Below, in pieces: positions 10,288-17,990 of a stretch of 64,000 bases of DNA. Both the position numbers and the translations under genes were made by a program. The number at the start of each line of letters is the position of its first letter. Positions within the stretch are counted from its first letter, which is position 1. Origin of the DNA: an uncultured Bacilli bacterium (GTDB lineage Bacteria > Bacillota_I > Bacilli_A > RF39 > UBA660); the NCBI GenBank assembly GCA_934163035.1, contig CAKPJX010000002.1, positions 79,062 through 143,061 of the forward strand, read 5' to 3'. The notes below the pieces were generated by a model. That model saw only the letters and a list, made by a program, of their open reading frames with translations. It was not told the DNA's origin and did no database searches.

Positions 10288-10829
10288 TTTCTTTCCTCCT
10301 CTAACTTTAAATTGTATATTTCCTGAAGATTAAATCCATAATCTAAAAATATACCCTCTACATCTCTCGTAGTAGCATCTTCTCTCTTAAATCCCAAATA
10401 TTCTAATGTATTAAAAACAGCCTCTTCACTAGGACCTTCTATTTCTAAATAATCAGGAATCTTAGGCCAAGAATCAATATCAATTTCAACACCATTCAAA
10501 ATATATTGTCTACGTCTATTTTCTTGATAACCTCTAGGATTATAACCCAACTCTTTTAAGATAAGATTACATCGCTCAAAATTATCCACTTCAATTTCTA
10601 ACTCTTGCGTACCATCAATGGAAGAAGATGTTAGATTCTTAATTGTCAACGTAGTCTTTTCACCATTAGTTCTAAGTCTAATCCATTTATTATCTTCTTT
10701 TGGAATAAAATCATAAACAAAACGTCTTTGCATTAAATCCCATTGAAAAACAGCACTAGTCTTTTCCAACTTTTCAATCAATTCATCCCTATTAATATCT
10801 AGTATTCTAACCTCATATTCAGTATGCAT
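10284..10829 (-). CDS. CYTH-domain protein (CyaB-like / triphosphate tunnel metalloenzyme family)
   Basis: N-terminal EYEVRIL (ExExK-like) and size about 180 aa. Start set to ATG 10829 with GGAGG 4 nt upstream. The longer ORF-track start would run through the T-box terminator. Confidence 0.65.
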   Translation of the reverse strand: MHTEYEVRILDINRDELIEKLEKTSAVFQWDLMQRRFVYDFIPKEDNKWIRLRTNGEKTTLTIKNLTSSSIDGTQELEIEVDNFERCNLILKELGYNPRGYQENRRRQYILNGVEIDIDSWPKIPDYLEIEGPSEEAVFNTLEYLGFKREDATTRDVEGIFLDYGFNLQEIYNLKLEEERK

Positions 10830-10842
10830 AAAACCTCCTAAC

Positions 10843-11046
10843 AAATAAAAACGAACAATCATCCAAAGGACGAATTGTTCGTGGTACCACCTTATTTCGT
10901 GTATAAATACACCTCAATATCTTAACGCGATAAACGACTTTTCTCATAGCAATGTAATTCAAAATTAATTTGTATTAGTTTCCACCAACCACTAACTCTC
11001 TAAAAGCAAATTTAATTTCTACTAATTTACTAATCATCAAAAATAT
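10843..11046 (-). promoter_or_regulatory. T-box leader, Tyr specifier (UAC)
   Basis: Minus strand: AG-bay AGAGAG, distal-loop TTGGTGGAA, specifier loop GAAUUACA (UAC = plus 10954-10956), T-box core AAGGTGGTACCACG. Terminator ACGAACAAT/ATTGTTCGT followed by TTTTT. Confidence 0.88.
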
Positions 11047-11052
11047 AATTAT

Positions 11053-11080
11053 ATTTTAACACAAATATTTAAATAGTCAA
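11053..11080 (-). promoter_or_regulatory. Promoter of the Tyr T-box leader
   Basis: Minus strand: TTGACT (11075-11080), 16 nt, TAAAAT (11053-11058) with an upstream TGT (extended -10). Confidence 0.55.
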
Positions 11081-11131
11081 ATATTTTGATAGATATCATA
11101 AATAAAAAGGATGACTAAATCACCCTAATAA

Positions 11132-11536
11132 TTACTTAGTATTTTCTAATTTTCTTAAAACTTCCTTAGTAACATCAATTGCTTTTTCTCTAACTTCCAT
11201 AGCTGCCTTTTTAAGTACAGGTGTACCTTTTTCAACAGCTAAGTCAACTAAATCTTGAGCTTTTTCTTTTAAATCTTCTGCTTTTTCTTTAGCAATTTCT
11301 AATACTTTTTCTCTATCTAAGTCAGCTAACTCTTTTTTAATGTCTTTAACTTTCTGATCAAACTCACGTTTAATATCAGCTGCATCAATATCTTTTACTT
11401 TATCTACTAAATATTCTAACCTTTCCTTTAATATAGCTCTTGTTTCACTCCCCTTTTTTGGAGCAAATAGTATACCAAGACCTGCTCCTACAGCAGCTCC
11501 TGCTATAAACTTTCCTAAACCACTTTTTTTACTCAT
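11132..11536 (-). CDS. YtxH-domain general stress protein
   Basis: GKFIAGAAVGAGLGILFAPKKGSETR is the YtxH signature, followed by a coiled coil. Start at MSKKSG (11536). Confidence 0.8.
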   Translation of the reverse strand: MSKKSGLGKFIAGAAVGAGLGILFAPKKGSETRAILKERLEYLVDKVKDIDAADIKREFDQKVKDIKKELADLDREKVLEIAKEKAEDLKEKAQDLVDLAVEKGTPVLKKAAMEVREKAIDVTKEVLRKLENTK

Positions 11537-11819
11537 AAATATCATCGTCCTTTCTCTTTTTTTTCTTAAATATCTTATAAACAAGGCCTGCTACATTACT
11601 AGTAATAGATTCACTAAATGAAGCAATACTATCTGTTATTTTATCAATAAGTGAGAACACATTATTTAAAGAATTAACCTTCTGATCAATATTATCAACA
11701 ACACGTTCTAACTTATCTAATGTAGAAATAAGTCTTATTCCTAAAATAATTAATACTATTAATAATATGATACCAAGTATATATAATAATACAGGTAAAA
11801 GTAAATTTAGATCTTCCAT
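11529..11819 (-). CDS. DUF948-like small membrane protein
   Basis: 96 aa with an N-terminal TM helix then a helical region. Classical pairing with a YtxH gene. 8-nt overlap with the downstream gene. Confidence 0.6.
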   Translation of the reverse strand: MEDLNLLLPVLLYILGIILLIVLIILGIRLISTLDKLERVVDNIDQKVNSLNNVFSLIDKITDSIASFSESITSNVAGLVYKIFKKKKRKDDDIYE

Positions 11820-11827
11820 TAGTCCTC

Positions 11828-12973
11828 CTATTCTTCTTCTTTATACATAGAATCAATTAAATCAAATAAATTGTCATCATCATCATTTTTTTTAATTTCT
11901 TCTTTTGTATCCTTTTCTTCTTTTTCTTTCTTTGACAAGTCATCAACATTATTAAGCTTTTTTTCTGATGAACTATCAACATTATTAGGCTTTTTTTCTG
12001 ATGAACTATCAACATTATCAGTCTTTTCTTGTTTTAACTCTTCATAATTATCTTTTACTCTTCTACCAGTAGCCTTTTTAGTAGCATCAACATAATCAAC
12101 ATTATATTCAAGTCCTAAATCCTGAAAATATTCTAAAGCATCACCCATAGTTACCTCTTTAACAGATGGCTTTTTATCATCAGATGTTAAGTCAACTAAT
12201 AAATTATCTTTTTCTATCTCAAATGTTGGCTTATTATCAGGAGTCTCATCAAATGAAACTTCTTCTATTTCATCTTCTAACTTACCATAAGCTTTGTTTC
12301 TAACTTCATCAACATTAAGCTTTTCTCTTGAATAACTACTACTAAGTCTTACCTCTTTCCTAGTAACAATTTCTTCTTTCTTATAGTTCTTATCAAGAAT
12401 ACCATATATAGGAGAAATAATTGGAGAAGGCTTAAAATAACCTCTTTCATCTTTTCTCTCATAAACTCCATATTGATGAACATTAACTTTAGGTGTCTCA
12501 TCTAAGCCATAAGGCATCTTCTTCTTTTCCTCTTTCTTTGATCCCTGATAAAGATTAGAACTAGAATTAGAACCATTGTAATAATTAGAATAATTGTCAG
12601 TATTATTATCTTTTTCAATAACCTTTACAATCTTTGGCTCAACATCCTCATATGCATAATCATCACTTTTAAAATCATTATCATCCATAATTTTAAAGCT
12701 GTTATCTTTTTTCTCTTCTACAGACTCTTCCAAAACTTCTTCTTCATAATCATTAACATCATCATTATCACTATAAACCTCTGTCTTTTCAGGTAATATA
12801 ATCTTTTTAGCAATAGGTTTTTCTTCTACTTGAGAAGAAGTATCAGGCTTACTTGCCTTTTTAAATCTATTCTTTTCTTTCTTTAACTTTGCTTTAGGCT
12901 TTTCTTCAACTTCAACATATTCCTCTTCAAATAAAGCATTTTTAAGTTTATCAAATATACCCATAGAGTTCAC
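11828..12973 (-). CDS. Highly acidic low-complexity protein, unknown function
   Basis: 381 aa, E/D/K-rich. N-terminus GIFDKLKNALFEEEYVEVEE resembles a SepF-type amphipathic helix (speculative). Internal 11-aa tandem repeat VDSSSEKK(P/L)NN. Confidence 0.6.
   Translation of the reverse strand: MNSMGIFDKLKNALFEEEYVEVEEKPKAKLKKEKNRFKKASKPDTSSQVEEKPIAKKIILPEKTEVYSDNDDVNDYEEEVLEESVEEKKDNSFKIMDDNDFKSDDYAYEDVEPKIVKVIEKDNNTDNYSNYYNGSNSSSNLYQGSKKEEKKKMPYGLDETPKVNVHQYGVYERKDERGYFKPSPIISPIYGILDKNYKKEEIVTRKEVRLSSSYSREKLNVDEVRNKAYGKLEDEIEEVSFDETPDNKPTFEIEKDNLLVDLTSDDKKPSVKEVTMGDALEYFQDLGLEYNVDYVDATKKATGRRVKDNYEELKQEKTDNVDSSSEKKPNNVDSSSEKKLNNVDDLSKKEKEEKDTKEEIKKNDDDDNLFDLIDSMYKEEE
11943..12020. repeat. 33-bp tandem repeat (about 2.4 copies) inside the acidic-protein gene
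   Basis: TCAACATTATTA(A/G)GCTTTTTTTCTGATGAACTA at 11943-11975 and 11976-12008, with a partial third copy. In-frame (11 codons). Confidence 0.85.
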
Positions 12974-12984
12974 CTCACAAAAAA

Positions 12985-13647
12985 TTAATCATCATTAATA
13001 TCAATATTATCTTGATCCCTAGCCTTACTAAATTCTGGATCGTACTTACTAACAACTTCCAAAAAATCTTCTTGCGATGATTCCGTCTCAAATAATGTAT
13101 AGTTTTCCTCTTTATAACTTAAAACATTATCACCAATTAAACTCTCTAGAACCTTATCATTAAACTTTATTGATCTTAAAATATAACTCATATTATTAAC
13201 AACACTACCTAAATCACTCTTTGAAGCATAAGCCTCTAATCTAGCATAGTTAAAAATCATTTTAATATAGTAATTATCTTTACCTGACGATAAAACTTGA
13301 ATATAGCCCTTCTTCTTATTATAATTCAATTCCTTATAATAGTAAGAATCATTATCTTTTGAAAAATCTATATCAACTTTATGATAATAACTAATTGCAT
13401 CAACATACAAATAATATTTATTATTATTTTTATCTTTAAGTAAAGCATTATACTCATCTTTATTTAAGAATTCAAGTCCATTAGGAACATAGTACTTATA
13501 TCCATCAAAATTAACATTATAAGCCTTTTGCTTATCAGAAAGTATAATATCAATACTTTCATCCAACGTCTTATTATCTAGTCTTGTAACACTACATCCC
13601 GTTATAAAAACAAGTAGCACTGAGAGTAAAATAACTGTCCTCTTCAT
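12985..13647 (-). CDS. Lipoprotein, unknown function
   Basis: Signal peptide with lipobox LLVFITGCS. Confidence 0.65.
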   Translation of the reverse strand: MKRTVILLSVLLVFITGCSVTRLDNKTLDESIDIILSDKQKAYNVNFDGYKYYVPNGLEFLNKDEYNALLKDKNNNKYYLYVDAISYYHKVDIDFSKDNDSYYYKELNYNKKKGYIQVLSSGKDNYYIKMIFNYARLEAYASKSDLGSVVNNMSYILRSIKFNDKVLESLIGDNVLSYKEENYTLFETESSQEDFLEVVSKYDPEFSKARDQDNIDINDD

Positions 13648-13719
13648 AATTCACCTACTCTTAATACATTATACCAAATTTTTAATAAATGTAAAAATTT
13701 TTTTTAAATATTTACTCTT

Positions 13720-14355
13720 TTAGACACTTTCTTTAAAAGCCTCAACAGAATAAATATTCATTCCCTGATTAGAAAATTTATCTTCATATTCTGTTGTTAT
13801 AAGGTCCTCATCTTCTACAGCATGTAAATCAAAACTAATATTTTTTAATATATAACCATGTTCACTAAAGCTTTCTAGTGAATAAATAAACAAATCCCTA
13901 TTATCAGTTCTCATAAATATATTTTCATCTTTTCTAAAAATACTATCATATTTATTAAGAAATATCTTACTAGAAAGCCTTCTTAAACTATGTCGAACTT
14001 TAGGCCAAGGATCAGAAAAGTTTAAATATATTCTATCAATCTCCTTAGAAAAAACTTGATCAATCTCTAAAGCATCCATTCTAACAATCAACAAATTAGA
14101 AAGATTATCTGGTATTTTAACTAAACATTTACAAACAACACTATCATATTTTTCTATGCCAATAAAATTAATATCTGGATATTTTAATGCATTTTCTATA
14201 ATAAATTTACCCTTTCCCATACCAATCTCTATAAATATTGGGTTATTGTTTTTAAATAGATTACTCCAACTACCCTTATATTGTTTAGGATTTTTAACTA
14301 AGTATGAAGAACTATTTAATATTTCTTCTTTATTTTTAATATTTCTAAGTCTCAT
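13720..14355 (-). CDS. trmB: tRNA (guanine46-N7)-methyltransferase
   Basis: IEIGMGKGKF (SAM motif I), NFSDPWPK, HSLRRL. 211 aa. Confidence 0.9.
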   Translation of the reverse strand: MRLRNIKNKEEILNSSSYLVKNPKQYKGSWSNLFKNNNPIFIEIGMGKGKFIIENALKYPDINFIGIEKYDSVVCKCLVKIPDNLSNLLIVRMDALEIDQVFSKEIDRIYLNFSDPWPKVRHSLRRLSSKIFLNKYDSIFRKDENIFMRTDNRDLFIYSLESFSEHGYILKNISFDLHAVEDEDLITTEYEDKFSNQGMNIYSVEAFKESV

Positions 14356-14459
14356 AAACTACCTCTTTTCAAGAATTCATAATTAAATTATAACAAATAA
14401 ACAAATTATCACCAAATTAATTTTATTGAATATAATAAAATGAAAGATAGGTGGATAAT

Positions 14460-14651
14460 ATGAATAATATGCCAATACCATATATGTATCCATTTCCAAA
14501 TCCAAATTATCAAATGCCATCATGTCAAAATCAAGATGAGTTAAAAAAGCTAAAATATGAGATAGATAGATTAAAAGAAAGGGTACAAATACTAGAAGAA
14601 AAAGGTAAAAGCAATTATCTAAAAAAAGAAGAAGGCATGTATATAATGTAA
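14460..14651 (+). CDS. Small hypothetical protein (Pro/Asn-rich N-terminus, coiled-coil C-terminus)
   Basis: AGGTGGA RBS at 14449-14455 and ATG at 14460. No recognisable family. Confidence 0.35.
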   Translation: MNNMPIPYMYPFPNPNYQMPSCQNQDELKKLKYEIDRLKERVQILEEKGKSNYLKKEEGMYIM

Positions 14652-14736
14652 CTAGTAAAATAAATAAAATATTTTACTTTTTTTTTGAAAATCAGTACTT
14701 TGTGATATACTAAGATATAGAGAAGGAGAGTTAAAA

Positions 14737-16050
14737 ATGTTTACACTAAAAAGACTAGATAAAACAACATACGACGAATTTGTTGCAAATAATAATAAGG
14801 CACATTTTCTTCAATCATATAGTTGGGGAGAATTTTCAAAAATAAAAAAGCACCTAACACCATATTACTTAGGATTAATAGATGACAACAATATTGTAGG
14901 TGCAACTCTATTATTGCAGAAACATCTCCCACTAAATTATAGCTATTTTTATGCTCCACGCGGCTTTATTATAGATTATAATGACGAAAACCTAGTAAAA
15001 GAAATGACAAAAAGAGTTACAGAATTTGCTAAAAAGAAAAAAGGTATCTTCGTAAAAATAGACCCTGATATTGTTATAAAAGACTATAACTATCTAAATG
15101 AAGAACAAAAAACATTCTATGACAAAGATAAAGTTTATAATATGCTTAAAAAGATAGGCTTTAAACACTTAGGCTTTACTAAAAATTTCGAAACAAATCA
15201 ACCAAGATATTCTTTTAGAATTGATTTAACACAACCACTTTCCGAAATAGAAAATCACTTTTCAAAAACAACAAAACAGCGTATTGCCAAATCACAAAAA
15301 CTAGAAACAGAAGTAGCAATAGGAACTGAAAAAGATATAAAAGAATTTTATCACTTAATGCAATTAACAGAAGCCAGAAAAGACTTTATCTCATATAATG
15401 AAGATTACTATGAAACATTGTATGAAGTCTTTAATGGAAATAAAAATACAAGTGCTATACTCTTCCTAGGTAAAATACACTTAGGTAAAACCATCAAAGC
15501 CCTAGAAAAAAATTTAAAAAAGATAACTGATCAAATATCTATAATGCCAATTGATAATTTAAGTAAAAGCTCAAAAGTAAAGCTAAAAGAGTTAACTAAC
15601 CAGAAAGAAACAATAAAAAAAGAATTAGAAAAATTCAAAAAGTATAAACAAGAGTACGGTAATGATATTACATTAAACGCCCATATGATTGTAACATATA
15701 AAGATAAAGCTTGGGTCTTATATGCAGGAAATCACAATATACTAAGTGAAACATATACAAATTACAATACATATTATAATCACATAAAATACTGTAAAGA
15801 AAAAGGCATAACAATGTATGATCAATTTGGTACAATTGGTGACTTATCAAAAGACAACCCTATATTAAGTCTTCATGAATTTAAAAAGAAATTCGGCGGA
15901 GATTACGTAGAATTTTTAGGTGAATGGGATTATATACTTAATAAACCAATGTACTTTATATTTACAAAATTAGTACCAACATATCGAAAAATAATAAAGA
16001 AAAGAAGTAAAAACAAATTAAAAAAAGAACTAGAAAATAAAAAAAATTAA
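14737..16050 (+). CDS. FemAB-family peptidoglycan cross-bridge aminoacyltransferase
   Basis: 437 aa. FLQSYSWGEFS, YAPRGF and a central coiled-coil insertion typical of FemX/FemA/MurM. GGAGAG RBS. Confidence 0.8.
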   Translation: MFTLKRLDKTTYDEFVANNNKAHFLQSYSWGEFSKIKKHLTPYYLGLIDDNNIVGATLLLQKHLPLNYSYFYAPRGFIIDYNDENLVKEMTKRVTEFAKKKKGIFVKIDPDIVIKDYNYLNEEQKTFYDKDKVYNMLKKIGFKHLGFTKNFETNQPRYSFRIDLTQPLSEIENHFSKTTKQRIAKSQKLETEVAIGTEKDIKEFYHLMQLTEARKDFISYNEDYYETLYEVFNGNKNTSAILFLGKIHLGKTIKALEKNLKKITDQISIMPIDNLSKSSKVKLKELTNQKETIKKELEKFKKYKQEYGNDITLNAHMIVTYKDKAWVLYAGNHNILSETYTNYNTYYNHIKYCKEKGITMYDQFGTIGDLSKDNPILSLHEFKKKFGGDYVEFLGEWDYILNKPMYFIFTKLVPTYRKIIKKRSKNKLKKELENKKN

Positions 16051-16074
16051 GGAGACGCAACTATCTCCTTTTAT
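16049..16074. terminator. Hairpin between convergent genes
   Basis: AAGGAGA (16049-16055) / TCTCCTT (16064-16070), followed by a short T-run. Confidence 0.5.
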
Positions 16075-16095
16075 AATACATAAAAAAGCATAACA

Positions 16096-17697
16096 TCATC
16101 TACTTTTTATACTAACACTTTTAAATAATTTAAATCTTTTAGCAAGAAGAAAATAAAGTATTAAATAAATTAAAAGATAGAATAAAGTTACTATAAGATT
16201 TACAATAAAACCGCTATTATTAATAGGTACAACTAACTTTATCACAAAAAGTATTACAAAGATTGCTAAAACAACACAAAAAGTATCTATAAGACTCTTA
16301 ATAAAACTTTCAAAATTAACATTATATTTAATATACAAAATTATAAAACAAATAATAGTAGAGATCAAATAACCAATAATACTAGCTGTAATAGAGCCAT
16401 AATAAGCAGGTAAGCCCATCTTATAGAAAGCATTAATAAGGCTAGTATTTAAAAGTATTTTTAACAGTAAACCAATACCCAAACTATATAAAACAACTTT
16501 TTGATCCTTAAAAGAACGAATAATTGAAAAAATCATAGTAGAAACAGCCATAATAAATCCTAGAAAGATAGAATAAGAAAGGACACTAGGACCATATTTA
16601 TCTACACCAAAAAGCATCTTCCAAATAGGAACAGACAAAAAGCTAACAATAAAAGCAATTGGGACTATTACTATTAAAAGTAGGCTTAAGGCTTGATTAA
16701 TTCTATAATTAATATCCTTCTTATCATTGTTAGTAATACTTTTAGATAATCCATCAGCTAAACTATTAAAAATCTCTATTGCTATTGCTACCAACATACA
16801 ATTAAATTTATTGGTCCATATAGTAATCATACCAATTACACCTTCAGCATCACTAACACTAAAGTGTGCATATTTTACTAATGATTTAACTACTGTTACT
16901 ATATCTATAAAACCATATAATGCTCTAATTAAATCACTAATTACTAAAAACGACATATAAAACATTATTTTTTTAACAATAGTTTTAGAAGAAACTAAAG
17001 GCTCAACAACTTTTCTAATTTTTGTATTAAATTTATTTTTATTAATACGTAACTTTACAAATAAATATATATATGAACATAACGGCCCTAAAAACACACC
17101 AATTAAAGCAAAACATGAAACCCATACTAATGGTAGTCTAAATACTTTATTTGCTAATAAACTTAAAATTATAGAAATAAGAGCTCTAGCAATAAGTTCA
17201 ATGCTATTTGATACAGAAGCCATATTAGTTATTCTATGACCATCAAAATAACCTCTATATACACTCAAAAGAGGTATAATTAAAAATGATATAGAAACCA
17301 TCCTAATGACAAGTGTAATATCATTAAAAGAATTACCACCAGTAATATCTCCAATTATCATTCTAGCAAACACAGGGGCAAGTAAAAAGGTAAATATAAA
17401 TGAAATTGCACCTAATCCTACAAAAATATATTTAGCCAGTAAAAAACTTCTTTTCTTTACATTATTATATCCTAAAGCCTGATATGAAGAAGTAGTCTTA
17501 GAAATTGAAAAAACTACTGGTAAAGATAAAAATGACATAAAAATAGTATATATAACGTATGCATATCCATATAATGCTCCACCCTTATTACCAATAATAT
17601 GATAAAGAGGCACTATATACAAAAAATCAATTATTTTAGCTATCACAACAGCAATTGATAAAATCAAAGCATTAGATAAAATTTTACTACTATTCAT
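16096..17697 (-). CDS. MOP-superfamily flippase (MurJ/SpoVB/polysaccharide biosynthesis protein type)
   Basis: 533 aa, about 14 predicted TM helices. N-terminal block IIGNKGGALYGYAY is shared with the paralog at 23679-25304. Confidence 0.75.
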   Translation of the reverse strand: MNSSKILSNALILSIAVVIAKIIDFLYIVPLYHIIGNKGGALYGYAYVIYTIFMSFLSLPVVFSISKTTSSYQALGYNNVKKRSFLLAKYIFVGLGAISFIFTFLLAPVFARMIIGDITGGNSFNDITLVIRMVSISFLIIPLLSVYRGYFDGHRITNMASVSNSIELIARALISIILSLLANKVFRLPLVWVSCFALIGVFLGPLCSYIYLFVKLRINKNKFNTKIRKVVEPLVSSKTIVKKIMFYMSFLVISDLIRALYGFIDIVTVVKSLVKYAHFSVSDAEGVIGMITIWTNKFNCMLVAIAIEIFNSLADGLSKSITNNDKKDINYRINQALSLLLIVIVPIAFIVSFLSVPIWKMLFGVDKYGPSVLSYSIFLGFIMAVSTMIFSIIRSFKDQKVVLYSLGIGLLLKILLNTSLINAFYKMGLPAYYGSITASIIGYLISTIICFIILYIKYNVNFESFIKSLIDTFCVVLAIFVILFVIKLVVPINNSGFIVNLIVTLFYLLIYLILYFLLAKRFKLFKSVSIKSR

Positions 17698-17745
17698 AAT
17701 TTATCCTCCACCACCATGATAACATAAAAAATAATAATATGCTAA

Positions 17746-17916
17746 CTAGTAATAAACAATCATAGCTGAAAAGCAAAAAACTTGTTCATCACTAAAAACA
17801 CCCAAACTAACTTGATATTTAATATCAACAACTTCTCCCTCTAAATCAGAAAGAAAAGCATTAACTTCATTTTCCAAATCTTTTTCATCTTCTAAATCAA
17901 ATATTTTAACTTTCAT
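17746..17916 (-). CDS. cse60: Sporulation protein Cse60
   Basis: MKVKIFDLEDEKDLENEVNAFL...DIKYQV...FCFSAMIVYY matches the Cse60 pattern (VFDEEHEKDL...IKY...YCFSALILY). Confidence 0.75.
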   Translation of the reverse strand: MKVKIFDLEDEKDLENEVNAFLSDLEGEVVDIKYQVSLGVFSDEQVFCFSAMIVYY

Positions 17917-17990
17917 TTTATCACCAAAAGAATTATAAGACATTAAAATAAAATTATTTGTAGAAAAAAGACTCTAAGTATCCTTAAAGT

